From an uncultured Candidatus Saccharibacteria bacterium (GTDB taxonomy: Bacteria; Patescibacteriota; Andersenbacteria; UBA10190), in NCBI GenBank assembly GCA_964392095.1, contig CAYMOF010000001.1, forward strand, positions 12,401 to 76,400: a DNA stretch of 64,000 nt, given 5' to 3'. The notes beneath the pieces were generated by a model, which saw only the letters and a program-made list of their open reading frames with translations, had not been told where the DNA came from and did not search any database. Positions 21,110 to 31,680 of this stretch are shown one piece after another. The position numbers were made by a program, and so were the translations under genes. Positions within the stretch are counted from its first letter, which is position 1; each line of letters starts with the position of its first letter.

Positions 21110-22252
21110 ATGCGCATAATTCACACTTGTCTGCGCTACCCCCCTGCTCTGGGAGGAGCCGAAAACTACATTAAGAACATTGTCACCAGAACCCGAGACA
21201 TTGACACCGGCCGCGACGTGCGTGTCCTTTCCAGCAAACTCAAAACCCATTCGCCCATCTCTGTTCTGAATAACAAAGACCTGTCCAAAGATCCTGTTTA
21301 CATCCAAAGACTCCACCACCTAAAAACCCCGTTTATTTCTTACCCTCGACTACAATCTCTGCCTTATTATTTAAAACATCATCAACCTGACATAATCCAC
21401 TCCTACGGTTTTTGGTACCAGCCCGCCGATACCACTGCCCGCTTCGCTTCTAAACACAAACTGCCTTTTATCTTTCATCCTATATATTATGAAAACCGCG
21501 TCAGGAAAAAATTTATTTGGCAAACATACAAAAAAACCATAGGCTACAAAACCTTTGCCGCCGCGTCAGTTGTTGTAGTTATCTCTCCTCAAGAACAAAA
21601 ACTAATCGAAAAAAACAATTTTCCCGTGAAAAAATTCGCCTTGATACCCCCTGGCATAGATATCGCCAGATTCTCAAAAGCTACCCCCAGCTTATACCAA
21701 TCTCGAAAAATAAAAGGAGACATAATTCTCTCTGTCGGTCGTCTGGCTAAATCCAAGGGATTGGAAGACGTAATTGATATACTGCCTAGTCTCATAAAAA
21801 ACCACCCTAACCTTCACTATGTTATTGTCGGCGAAGACTTCGGGCATCAAAATATTCTTCTTAAAAAAACCGAAGGCCTTGGGTTAACCAACCACGTTCA
21901 TTTCTTGGGCAAAATAAATTCCCGAGAACTAATCAGTGCTTACCAGCATGCCAACATCCTAGTTCACCCCTCCTATTATGAAGCCTTTGGAATTGTTTTA
22001 GCTGAAAGCCTGGCGGCCGGCACTCCTGTGATCGCTCGAAATTCCTCCTCTATTCCTTTTGTCTGTCCTCACAACATTGGAGGACAGCTCTTTTCTTCCC
22101 CCAAAGAACTTCTTCATTCTTTAGATACTCTCCTCAAAGAAAAAGACCTGCGAAAAAAATATGGCGCCCAAGGACGCCATTACGTAGCCTCTAATTTCGG
22201 ATGGGATAAGTCAATCAAATCCATTATTGACCTTTACTCCTTTATCAAATAG
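21110..22252 (+). CDS. GT4 family glycosyltransferase
   Basis: YPPALGGAE, VGRLAKSKG, YEAFGIVLAESLAAGTPV. Confidence 0.92.
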   Translation: MRIIHTCLRYPPALGGAENYIKNIVTRTRDIDTGRDVRVLSSKLKTHSPISVLNNKDLSKDPVYIQRLHHLKTPFISYPRLQSLPYYLKHHQPDIIHSYGFWYQPADTTARFASKHKLPFIFHPIYYENRVRKKFIWQTYKKTIGYKTFAAASVVVVISPQEQKLIEKNNFPVKKFALIPPGIDIARFSKATPSLYQSRKIKGDIILSVGRLAKSKGLEDVIDILPSLIKNHPNLHYVIVGEDFGHQNILLKKTEGLGLTNHVHFLGKINSRELISAYQHANILVHPSYYEAFGIVLAESLAAGTPVIARNSSSIPFVCPHNIGGQLFSSPKELLHSLDTLLKEKDLRKKYGAQGRHYVASNFGWDKSIKSIIDLYSFIK

Positions 22253-22693
22253 TCAAGTAAGCGACAAGCTCTTTTTACCCCCCAGGTTGTCTGCTAATCC
22301 CTCTCCAGACAAGAAAGCGAAGCATTCCTCCATCGGTTGTCCATCCGGATGAATTAGAACATTAGGACGAGCATTAAAATCATCAGCTAATCGCCTAACC
22401 ACCTCTTCAGCCGATGAAGCCAACAACACCACCCTGGGCATAGGCCGACAAGCGAGAAAAACATGCAACAGTCTTTCAACCTGACCGGCAAATCCAGGAT
22501 CAACATCATCAAGCAAAATCCCGTCCATGACCTCGGATAATAATGCTATAGACTCCAAGCATTCGTCCAAGTTAGTAACCTGAGCCCAGCACCTACGCCT
22601 ATTCAGCTCTCTGCACCATTCCGCGATCACGCCACTGTCGTCCGTTTCGGTAACTACCAACACCAGCCTTCGCTCATCCCTTGCCCCGTTCAT
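22253..22693 (-). CDS. Hypothetical protein, degenerate receiver (CheY-like) domain
   Basis: SD-like GGAGG upstream of ATG 22693; LVLVV, DGILLD, PRVVLLAS; LIHP where LxKP is expected. Confidence 0.5.
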   Translation of the reverse strand: MNGARDERRLVLVVTETDDSGVIAEWCRELNRRRCWAQVTNLDECLESIALLSEVMDGILLDDVDPGFAGQVERLLHVFLACRPMPRVVLLASSAEEVVRRLADDFNARPNVLIHPDGQPMEECFAFLSGEGLADNLGGKKSLSLT

Positions 22694-22802
22694 GATCATC
22701 TCCCTCCCTAATGAAAGTACAAGCAAAGCACAAAAACAAGCCCAGTCTTGTCTTTCTGACAAAATATGCTACATTCCGGATCGTAATCCCCTTCGTCTCA
22801 TC

Positions 22803-23864
22803 ATGTCAAATCAACCCTCTAAACAACCAAGAATTCTTATAGTCTCACTGTCAGGAATAGGCAACTTGGTTATGCAGTCACCCTCAACTGACCTAATAAA
22901 AAAACATTATCCCCAGTCTCTTATAACTGCCTGGTTAGCCCCCCGTTCGACTAAGCAGATCGCTCATTGCCTGCCCGCCATCGACCAAATTATAGAAGCG
23001 CCTATTAAACAGCCTCTTACTAATCACCTTTCCCTTATCAGTCAATTTAGGCGTCTGAATTTTTCTACCGGCATAATCATGTCTCCCGGCCAACTGATAA
23101 AAAGCGCTACTTATCTATTTCTTTGCGGAATACCCACCCGGGTTGGCCACAAATATCCACTGGGCAAAAACCCTCAAAGCGGTTTTCTTTTAACCCACGC
23201 CATTAAGGAAAACCCCAACCTTCATGACATCGAACAAAACCTAAAACTCCTGAAGGCCCTAAACATCCCCCTCCCCCAAGAACCAACAACTTATTCGCTA
23301 AACTTGCCCAACCAAGCCAGTCAAAAAGCGGACAATATTTTCGACAACCTAAATATAACCGCTGGTCAGAAAATAATCGGTTTTCATCCCGGATCATCGC
23401 CTGATCACGTTTGGAAAAGATGGCCCAGCCAGAATTTTATTGCCCTTGGCCAACAGCTCGGCAAAAAATTTAATGCCCACATTCTCATTTTCGGCGGCCC
23501 CCAGGAAGAAAAATTAAAAAATAAGATTGTAAGATCAATTGGTCTTACTCACGCTTCATCAATCTCATCAAGCCTGCTGATTTCCGCCGCGTTAATTAAA
23601 AAATGCGGACTCTTTATTTCTAATGATTCAGGCCTTATGCACCTGGCCGCCGCTCTAAACACACCCACCTTAGGACTGTTTGGTCCAACCAATGAAAAGC
23701 ATACCGGCCCTCGCGGCCATAAAAGCTTCACTATTCGCGCTCCGAAAACATCACCCTCTTATAACACCGAAAAAAACTATCGCCTGGGCTCAAACCCCCA
23801 TCCTGATATCAAGACCCTTAAGGTTAACCACGTACTGGAAAAAATTAATTCGATTAACTTCTAG
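22803..23864 (+). CDS. GT9 family (WaaF/RfaF-like) glycosyltransferase
   Basis: Likely start ATG 22803; ILIVSLSGIGNLVM, FHPGS....KRWP, SNDSGLMHLAAAL.TP.LGLFGPT. Confidence 0.9.
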   Translation: MSNQPSKQPRILIVSLSGIGNLVMQSPSTDLIKKHYPQSLITAWLAPRSTKQIAHCLPAIDQIIEAPIKQPLTNHLSLISQFRRLNFSTGIIMSPGQLIKSATYLFLCGIPTRVGHKYPLGKNPQSGFLLTHAIKENPNLHDIEQNLKLLKALNIPLPQEPTTYSLNLPNQASQKADNIFDNLNITAGQKIIGFHPGSSPDHVWKRWPSQNFIALGQQLGKKFNAHILIFGGPQEEKLKNKIVRSIGLTHASSISSSLLISAALIKKCGLFISNDSGLMHLAAALNTPTLGLFGPTNEKHTGPRGHKSFTIRAPKTSPSYNTEKNYRLGSNPHPDIKTLKVNHVLEKINSINF

Positions 23865-25077
23865 ATCTTAACATCCGCTTATAAACACACTCATATTGAG
23901 CACAAACAGCCTCCTGATTAAGATTAGAAATCGCCCAATCATGGGCCTTTTTACCAATATTTTCTTTTTCTTCTTCAGTCATTTCTACGACTCGGCAAAT
24001 TTTCTCTGACAAATCACTCGCCACACCTCTTTTAAACAACCAGCCTGACACTCCGTCTTGTATCATCTCACTAGGTCCGCCCCTATCAGCGGCTACCACC
24101 ACCTTACCCCTAGCCATGGCTTCAGCAACTGTTCTCCCAAAAGGTTCTATCCATAAATGAGGGGCTACTACAGTCTCCGCCTCGTCATAAAAACTAATCA
24201 GCTTCCGGTGAGGAATCCTGCCAACAAAATTAACGTTCTTATCCAAACCCGTTTTATTTACCAAACTCACATAATCACTCTTTTGCGCCCCCTCGCCGAC
24301 TATCTTAAGACTGGCCTCCGGACACTTTTCCAGCACTTCTGTCCAAGCGCTAATCAATAACCCCACCCCTTTGTAATCTTCAACAGTGCCCACATACAAA
24401 ACTTGACCTCGTTTGCCTTTTTTACAAGGCAAGTTCAAATAATCTCTGCTCACGGGATTATAAACAACATACTTGCTGATATCAGACAAGTCCTGCTGAT
24501 CCTCTATTTCCTTCTTTTGAGCATTAGAAATAAAAACCTGGGTTTTTATTTTGCTAAAAGCTTTTTTTCTGTACAAAAAGTTGTACTTATACTGCCATAA
24601 ACGAAACGGCTTTCTTGCCAAAGAAGCTTCTCTAATTCTCTGCGTCTTTAACAAATCACCCAAACTGCAACTGCACCTGTCCCCGCTATAAATTACATTA
24701 TTAGTAGTGCCACACACCTGCGCATAATCTCTTGCCGTAACCATCGCATTTTTGCAACCTAGTTCCGACAAGGCCATAGCGCTTCGAAAGTCATGAGCAT
24801 GAATAGCATCAAAAGCATCAACATTAAACGCCCCACCTATCGCCCCTGCTATCCTCTTGCTTTCTTTCTTCTCAAACAATGGTTTAGCCGTCAACCCCAG
24901 CGGCATCATGTTTACCTCGACGCCATCAACATCAACGGTTTTTCTTGTCTCACCCTCGGTAATTACAACAACGTTATGTCCTTGATGCACTAACCCTTCC
25001 GCCAACAACCTCGTCGATATTTCGGCTCCACCTCTCACATTAGGCGGATAATAAGCCGATAAAAACAATATTTTCAT
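23854..25077 (-). CDS. GT4 family glycosyltransferase
   Basis: YYPP..RGGAE, KGV, WIEPFGRTVAEAMARG. Confidence 0.92.
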   Translation of the reverse strand: MKILFLSAYYPPNVRGGAEISTRLLAEGLVHQGHNVVVITEGETRKTVDVDGVEVNMMPLGLTAKPLFEKKESKRIAGAIGGAFNVDAFDAIHAHDFRSAMALSELGCKNAMVTARDYAQVCGTTNNVIYSGDRCSCSLGDLLKTQRIREASLARKPFRLWQYKYNFLYRKKAFSKIKTQVFISNAQKKEIEDQQDLSDISKYVVYNPVSRDYLNLPCKKGKRGQVLYVGTVEDYKGVGLLISAWTEVLEKCPEASLKIVGEGAQKSDYVSLVNKTGLDKNVNFVGRIPHRKLISFYDEAETVVAPHLWIEPFGRTVAEAMARGKVVVAADRGGPSEMIQDGVSGWLFKRGVASDLSEKICRVVEMTEEEKENIGKKAHDWAISNLNQEAVCAQYECVYKRMLRSRS

Positions 25078-25172
25078 ATAATAATTCTAATATGGTAAAA
25101 TTTCTTTCTATAACCCACAATAAGCACTTTCGCTATTTGAATTATGCACATAATATCTAAATAACCAAGCCC

Positions 25173-25940
25173 ATGGTTATTAATTCCTTTAAAAAACAAT
25201 GCAAGCGGTCAATCAACCGTTTTAAAAACAGGGTTTTACCTATAAGCTACATTAAAAATGGAATTCTTTTGTGGGAGGGTTTCGCCTTTTGTGCCCTGCT
25301 GGACCTATTTAATATAGACATGATTATCGAATCCGGCATCGCCGGTGGTCGGTCAACAGAAATATTCGCCCGTTATTTTAAAGGGCCAATCATTGCTATC
25401 GACAATGCCGATTACTATGGCCTAAAGCGCTTCAACGAAACTAAGTTACGTCTTTCGCGCTATCAAAACGTTTCCTGCTTAAACACCGATTCCATTTTTG
25501 CCATGCCCAAACTCATATCGCAAAACCCGAATAAATCCATCGCCCTTTTCATAGATGGACCTAAAGGTCTTAAGGCTATCAGATTATCACAACGATGCTT
25601 TGCCTTTTCCAATGTTAAATTTGTCGGCATCCATGACCAATGCAAAGACTCATATCACCAGATGGATCGATGGGAAAAAACCTTCTTTTACACAGACAGT
25701 CACTGGTTTATCGAAAAATATTCCCATCTGGATCGCGATTTGTCCGACCAGTCTCTACAAAAAGAATTAAATGACAATCCTAACGGACCCGGGGTGGGCT
25801 TCGCCCTTAACGATAAAGTGCCTTCAAAAAATGGAATCTTGCTCAAGGCTGATTATCAAATTCTAAAAACCCAAGCCCTAATAGATCATCAAATTGCCCA
25901 TGCCGGATCAGTTTTGCGACGTTTTTCAAAAATCGCCTAG
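25173..25940 (+). CDS. Hypothetical protein, class I SAM-dependent methyltransferase-like
   Basis: IIESGIAGGRST, IIAID, LFIDGPKG, GIHD. Confidence 0.55.
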   Translation: MVINSFKKQCKRSINRFKNRVLPISYIKNGILLWEGFAFCALLDLFNIDMIIESGIAGGRSTEIFARYFKGPIIAIDNADYYGLKRFNETKLRLSRYQNVSCLNTDSIFAMPKLISQNPNKSIALFIDGPKGLKAIRLSQRCFAFSNVKFVGIHDQCKDSYHQMDRWEKTFFYTDSHWFIEKYSHLDRDLSDQSLQKELNDNPNGPGVGFALNDKVPSKNGILLKADYQILKTQALIDHQIAHAGSVLRRFSKIA

Positions 25941-25973
25941 CCTTCAAAGAATATATCTAAATTTTTTACAAAA

Positions 25974-27155
25974 CTATTTTGGCCCTAAGTCCAAAATAGA
26001 CTCATAAACCCGCTTTACCGCCTCGGCCTTATTTTTCCAGACAAACAACTTAACCCTTTCCAAGCCTCGCCTTTTATACTCATCAGCTTTTTCTTTATTC
26101 TCTAAAAATTCTCTTACTGATCCCGCCATTCCCGCTATGTCATCAGGATCAAAAGTAGCCGCCGCCTTCTTCCCATACCCACCATCGTCGCCTACCACCT
26201 CCGGCAAGGAAGTGGAGTTTGAACAAACCACCGGCGTTCCGCAAGCCATCGCCTGTAAAGGTGGCAGCCCAAACCCTTCAAAACGAGAAGGAAAAATTAA
26301 GACATCAGCCAAATTATACACCTCGTTCAATTTCTCTTGAGACACATTGCCCACAAACCTAACCTCATCTCTTATTCCTAATTTATCTATTTCTTTTAGC
26401 AGTTCCTCCCGTCCTCTTAAGATTCCCGGCTCCCCTACTTTCAGCCAAATAACATCTTTTTGTTTACTAACAACTTCGCTTACGACTCGCGCCGCGCCCA
26501 TTACATTCTTACGAGGATGATCAGACCCCACATACAAAATAATTTTGCTGTCATCTGACACCTTATACTCTGTCTTTAAAGATTGACATCCCACTGTATA
26601 TTCAAAATTATCAATTTCGTAAAAATCATCGGCTCCATTATAAACAACTTCGATTAAGCTTCGATCAACCCCGTAATAATCAGTGATTGTTTCGGCCGTA
26701 TAGTGAGACACTGCTACTAATTTATCCGTCCTAGCAATCCCGCTATACAAATATCTGTTTAGCCAATACGCTTTTTTGTCTTGCGGCTCCAGCAACTCTA
26801 TTAAGTCATGAATTGTCAGAACACTCGGCCTTAAGCCTTTCGCCATAAAACTTAATGTCTGGTTGGTAAAATGATACAAGCCATAACCTTGATCTCCTGC
26901 TTCTTTTACCAAACGTTTACCCAGTCTTACCCAGTTAACGCTTTTGTTGTTTAATAAACCAGGCCAAGCATCAATTCGTGAAATTGTCTGCCCCTGTTCA
27001 TTCTTCAAACACCTTTCTATTCCATCAATCTCATATCTTTCCAAATTCATTTCTTTTCCTTTCAACTCCCCATAAATTTTCCGCGCCCGATAACCGACCG
27101 CCGTACGGGAAGATGAATTCATCACATAAGCCAATTTTAACTTAACTTCCTTCAT
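25974..27155 (-). CDS. GT4 glycosyltransferase (MtfB/WbaZ mannosyltransferase-like)
   Basis: [43 protein letters not shown]. Confidence 0.92.
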   Translation of the reverse strand: MKEVKLKLAYVMNSSSRTAVGYRARKIYGELKGKEMNLERYEIDGIERCLKNEQGQTISRIDAWPGLLNNKSVNWVRLGKRLVKEAGDQGYGLYHFTNQTLSFMAKGLRPSVLTIHDLIELLEPQDKKAYWLNRYLYSGIARTDKLVAVSHYTAETITDYYGVDRSLIEVVYNGADDFYEIDNFEYTVGCQSLKTEYKVSDDSKIILYVGSDHPRKNVMGAARVVSEVVSKQKDVIWLKVGEPGILRGREELLKEIDKLGIRDEVRFVGNVSQEKLNEVYNLADVLIFPSRFEGFGLPPLQAMACGTPVVCSNSTSLPEVVGDDGGYGKKAAATFDPDDIAGMAGSVREFLENKEKADEYKRRGLERVKLFVWKNKAEAVKRVYESILDLGPK

Positions 27156-27178
27156 AATAAGAACTTCGTAGATAAAAA

Positions 27179-28315
27179 TTATCTCCTTTTGCTCAAAACC
27201 TTTTTATATACCTGCACCGTTTCTTCGGCTACTTCCTGCCAAGTTCTTTTTCCAGCCTGTTTTATTCCGGCCCTAGACATATTTTTCCTCTTTTTATTAT
27301 CCGTCAAAACCAGCAACATCCTGTCGGCCAATTCGCTTTCAAACGCCTCGTCCGCAACCCGCTCGCTTACCCCGCCAACGGAAAACTTTACCACCTCTCC
27401 AGCCCCACCAACCACTTCGGGCAAAGCCCCGCCGTCACTAACAATCACCGGAACACCAGCCGACATCGCTTCTTGAGGAGGGAAGCCCCAACCCTCATAA
27501 ACAGAAGGCCACACAAATAAATCAGCTCCTTTATACAACCCCGGCAACTCCTTGTCTCTCACCAAGCCAACCTGTTTTATCCGGTCACTGAAAGCACTGC
27601 TCTTTATTTCTTTTTTTACTTCCTCTACTCCCTTGTAACCTCGCCCCGCTATCACCAATTCATGAGGGACTTTATCGGCTATCCGACTGTAAGCCCTAAC
27701 CAGAGCGGGAATGTTTTTTCTCGGCTCAATCGTTCCTAAGAACAAAATATAAGGATTTTTCTGTCTGCCCTCCTCACGACCGCCCAAATAAACACCGGGG
27801 GACAAAAAATTTGTAGCCGCTAAAGCAGTCACGGTTATCTTTTCTTCCGGCACATCAAGACGGTCTATTATGTCCTTTTTACTCTGTTCTGAAATAGTAA
27901 TTATATGATCGCTTACTCGAGCCGCCCACCTTAAAACAAAAGGCCAAACTTTTCTCTTCAACATTTTTTGGGAATCCGGAAAGAGTATCGGTATAACATC
28001 ATATATTGTTGTCACTGTGGGAAAATCAACCCTTCCGGGAGCTTGCGCTTTTGTGTAATGGACCAGATCGGGACTGGTTACCCTTAACGCTTTCGACAAC
28101 CGCACATTTATCCACCACCACAACATTAAATCTCCGCGCCTTTCAACAACCACTTCTTCAACCCCCTTAAACCCTCTTTTTCCCCTTTGAGAATCATAAA
28201 AGACACACATCTCAAAATCATGCGTCTTCAACATAGCAGGTACCAAGTTCTCTACATATCTCTTCACACCTCCACTAGAACCCGTCGCCGCCCTTGCTTC
28301 AACAGCAATCTTCAT
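27179..28315 (-). CDS. GT4 glycosyltransferase (MtfB-like)
   Basis: TIYD, GTIEPRKN, PSVYEGWGFPPQEAM..GVPV. Confidence 0.92.
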   Translation of the reverse strand: MKIAVEARAATGSSGGVKRYVENLVPAMLKTHDFEMCVFYDSQRGKRGFKGVEEVVVERRGDLMLWWWINVRLSKALRVTSPDLVHYTKAQAPGRVDFPTVTTIYDVIPILFPDSQKMLKRKVWPFVLRWAARVSDHIITISEQSKKDIIDRLDVPEEKITVTALAATNFLSPGVYLGGREEGRQKNPYILFLGTIEPRKNIPALVRAYSRIADKVPHELVIAGRGYKGVEEVKKEIKSSAFSDRIKQVGLVRDKELPGLYKGADLFVWPSVYEGWGFPPQEAMSAGVPVIVSDGGALPEVVGGAGEVVKFSVGGVSERVADEAFESELADRMLLVLTDNKKRKNMSRAGIKQAGKRTWQEVAEETVQVYKKVLSKRR

Positions 28316-29472
28316 ACACTTTTCTTCAAAACATTATTTATAACCTGCTCAAACCGACCCGTAGTTTCTCCCAAATAATACTTACCAACTTCTCTTTTAT
28401 TGTTCTCGCCCATCATTCTTCTTGCTTCTTCGTCTTTCATAATCTTTATCAGAATGTTTCTTATTCCCTTAGCATCTCCTGGAGAAACCAACAGAGCATT
28501 CTTTCCCTCTCGCAAGAAATCATTCTGACCTCCTACCCGAGTCGCTACAATTGGCAGACCCGACTCCATAGCCTCCAAAAAAACTATTCCAAAGCCTTCA
28601 TGCTTAGCCGCCGATACATACACGTCAGCAACTCCCAAAATCTGCCATTTCTTTTTCTCCGACACCCTGCCTAAAATTTTAATTCTATTCTCCAATCCTC
28701 TATTTTGTACTATTTCTTCGAGTCTTCTTTTCTCCTGCCCTCCCCCTATAATTACCAGTTCAACTCCCTCCACTCTCTCACAAGCCTCAATTAAAGTATC
28801 AAACCCTTTCCTGGGAATAAGTCTACCCACCGAAACACACAAAAACTTATCTTTCTTGAAACCCAATTCCCCTCTGGTCTTTTTTTTAAAATCTCGTCTT
28901 AACAAACCTATATGAACCACTTCGATATCTTTTTTAACCCCATGTAATCTCTGGGCTCTTATTTTAGTATCTTCTGATATAGCCGTGCGCGCGTCCGCCC
29001 CACTAGCTATCAGCCTGACTAAACACCTCATAAACCAATGTTTGTGCGGCGACGTTCCTTTGGTTGGATCATATAAATCACCCCCGATAAAACTCAAAAT
29101 AAAGGGGGTTCGAAATATCTTGGCCAAAATCAATCCTGTTAAACCGGAAGGCAAAACAAACTGCGCATTTATTACATCAAATCTGTTCTTTATACACACT
29201 TTTACCCCAGCCACCAAAGAAGCAGGAACAAAGCTAACCATAGATAAAAGAGATGCGGTAGTCAGCTTTTTCCTATTCATCACCCGTACTCTCCATATAT
29301 TTACTCCTCTTTTTTTTTCTTCGGAAAGCAGACCCTTAAACCAGGTAGTAATAACGTGCACTTCGTTGTCTTTCGCTAATTCTTCTGCCATTTGCTGTGT
29401 CGCCACTCCGCCTCCACCACCCAAGGGCGGATACTCGAAATTAATGATTAATATTTTCTTTAGTTCGCTCAT
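28312..29472 (-). CDS. GT4 family glycosyltransferase
   Basis: EYPPLGGGGG, VGRLIPRKG, HEGFGIVFLEAM..GLPIV. Confidence 0.92.
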   Translation of the reverse strand: MSELKKILIINFEYPPLGGGGGVATQQMAEELAKDNEVHVITTWFKGLLSEEKKRGVNIWRVRVMNRKKLTTASLLSMVSFVPASLVAGVKVCIKNRFDVINAQFVLPSGLTGLILAKIFRTPFILSFIGGDLYDPTKGTSPHKHWFMRCLVRLIASGADARTAISEDTKIRAQRLHGVKKDIEVVHIGLLRRDFKKKTRGELGFKKDKFLCVSVGRLIPRKGFDTLIEACERVEGVELVIIGGGQEKRRLEEIVQNRGLENRIKILGRVSEKKKWQILGVADVYVSAAKHEGFGIVFLEAMESGLPIVATRVGGQNDFLREGKNALLVSPGDAKGIRNILIKIMKDEEARRMMGENNKREVGKYYLGETTGRFEQVINNVLKKSV

Positions 29473-29478
29473 TGATTT

Positions 29479-31572
29479 TTATTCGCTCATTACCTTCATT
29501 ATCGGATCTCTTATTATCGCTTTTTTTAAGCCCTTTTTAACTATTTTAATATTAGTTACTCCCGGCTTAACTAATAGCTCTATTCTTCTTCTAGAATTAT
29601 TTTTATCAGACAACAACCCGTCAGCGGCTATCGTGACATCACTCTCTACCTTTGTCCATTCCAGCACAAGTTTTTTGTTCCTATTATTCGCATTATAAAC
29701 CGTTAGCCCCACCTCGCCAGGTAGCTCGGCGAACACACAGTCTTTATCGGGATCATACCCAACATTCTTCCAACCCGAATCTCTGCTTATAAAGACACCG
29801 TCGCCATTAGTCTTACCCTCGTCTCTGTATAGTATCGCGTCCTCGTACTCTGACTTTGACCATTTCATTTTATTCATCATCAATTCCTCTACTGCCTTGT
29901 TTTGTTTTTCTGATAAAGAATCAGGATGAACAACCATCATCTTTACGTCCAGCCATCGCAAAACATCAGTCAAGGTTTCCACCATCTCCTGTTCAAAAAA
30001 CTCGTTCCTTGCCTCCAATATATGCGTTGTTCTAAGAAATAAAATTTGTCTAAGAACAGGAAAAGATCTTACCTCTTCATAAACCTCTTTTGCTTCAGCT
30101 CTTTCCAAGGCAATATTGCCCACCACATTTTTACCATGACGCAATGACGCGAATAGCGATTTGGAAGCGGCTCTATAATTAGTGACCGCCGGTAGTTCTG
30201 CTATTGCTCTTCCTTCACCGCTTTTTACCTCCTCATATACTCGCGATAATTGAGCCGACTGCGTATTAACGGGAACAAAAACAAATTCAATAGCTATCAA
30301 AATTACCATTATAGCTACGCTGACTTTCCGATTTATGTTATGAAACAAAACCAGACCCAGCATAACCGCCATGCTCATACCCACCACCACACCCGCCCGC
30401 GCCGCCGCCCTTACCACTTCAATGACTGGCCAGCTGTCAATTATTTCATAAGGCAAAACTAAATCAGTTACCACGCCAAAGACATGAAGCCTGGGACCCA
30501 GACTAATTATCAAGAACAACAAGCCTAAGCCTTGCCAAAAAATCCTTTCTTTTTTTGACACACGTTGCTGAAAAAAAACAACCGTTAGTAAAAAAAACAA
30601 ACCCAGGTAATGAGTCGCTTCATATACGTTCCCGGTAAAAACTTTTTCATACACCGGAGAAAACCAATTCCCCCAAACAGAATGCCACACAGAAGGCGTA
30701 ACAAAAGCGAATAAATCAGCTGAAAATCTCACCAGCTGCTCTTTTCCTAAAACCAAATCACTGCCTTCCCGCCAGGCCATCCCAAGAGTCGGAAAATACG
30801 GTAAAATTACGAAAATAAAACACAAAGACAAAGCTAGAACTATCACCTGCCACCCCTTCCTCGAGCCAACCAGCTTTTTCAGAGAACTTCTTTTATACAA
30901 AATAATTAAAAAAACCAACACTGACGCCCACAAAGCGTAATGATGCTCCGTCCATGACTGCGTAATTGCCAACCCGACTAAAATCAACGCCTTGCCAAAC
31001 CCCGGTTTCTCAATTATAGACAACACTGTTAAAACAATTAACGGCAGCCACTGGACTTGCATAGCCCCGAAGTGACCCATGGAGTGGGCCACGTGAAAAG
31101 GCAGAAACATATAATACAAGCCGCTCACAAAAGCCACGGCCTCAAGAAATCTTTGTCCGCCCCCAGCCCCTTCTTTCTGTCTCTTTAAAACATGCCCGAC
31201 CAATAGATACATTCCGTATCCGGCAAGAAAGTAAGACAGTAGCCAAACAAGGTTATAAGCAAACGGTTGTCCAAACAAGGCATGCAGTCCCATCCACGGC
31301 CAAACCGATAAATTAACCAATCTCGGCCCTCCTCCTCCAAAAAATTCATTTTTTTGAAACTCCGTAAAAGACCCCATCCCACCCCAAGTAACATCAAAAC
31401 TATCCACCAAAGTCCTCCACTTGCTCTCGAACCGCCAAGCCGTTTGCCAAGGATCACCCCCCTCACCCGCCAGACAGGAATCCATTTGAACTACCACCGG
31501 CCAAGTCATAGCCACCACGGCCAATATATACAAAACTGCTACCCCCAGATGCTTTTTAAAGCCCATTATCAT
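29479..31572 (-). CDS. Polytopic membrane protein, putative GT-C glycosyltransferase (YfhO-related)
   Basis: GEGGDPWQ after TM1, AYN, RFSADL, YLG, LGP; soluble C-terminal domain. Confidence 0.7.
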   Translation of the reverse strand: MIMGFKKHLGVAVLYILAVVAMTWPVVVQMDSCLAGEGGDPWQTAWRFESKWRTLVDSFDVTWGGMGSFTEFQKNEFFGGGGPRLVNLSVWPWMGLHALFGQPFAYNLVWLLSYFLAGYGMYLLVGHVLKRQKEGAGGGQRFLEAVAFVSGLYYMFLPFHVAHSMGHFGAMQVQWLPLIVLTVLSIIEKPGFGKALILVGLAITQSWTEHHYALWASVLVFLIILYKRSSLKKLVGSRKGWQVIVLALSLCFIFVILPYFPTLGMAWREGSDLVLGKEQLVRFSADLFAFVTPSVWHSVWGNWFSPVYEKVFTGNVYEATHYLGLFFLLTVVFFQQRVSKKERIFWQGLGLLFLIISLGPRLHVFGVVTDLVLPYEIIDSWPVIEVVRAAARAGVVVGMSMAVMLGLVLFHNINRKVSVAIMVILIAIEFVFVPVNTQSAQLSRVYEEVKSGEGRAIAELPAVTNYRAASKSLFASLRHGKNVVGNIALERAEAKEVYEEVRSFPVLRQILFLRTTHILEARNEFFEQEMVETLTDVLRWLDVKMMVVHPDSLSEKQNKAVEELMMNKMKWSKSEYEDAILYRDEGKTNGDGVFISRDSGWKNVGYDPDKDCVFAELPGEVGLTVYNANNRNKKLVLEWTKVESDVTIAADGLLSDKNNSRRRIELLVKPGVTNIKIVKKGLKKAIIRDPIMKVMSE

Positions 31573-31680
31573 AAACCCACATTAACCTAAATCACCAACA
31601 AATTACCACCACCCGCCACACCTTGATCAAAACCCTACACCCCTGTTGCCCTAATCACAGCATATCTATACCTTTAAATT

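Noticed and set aside
28985-29698. 237-aa plus-strand ORF and the many other 60-130 aa overlapping ORFs in the track
   Set aside because: They lie antisense to or within well-supported genes, carry no motifs, and are expected shadow frames
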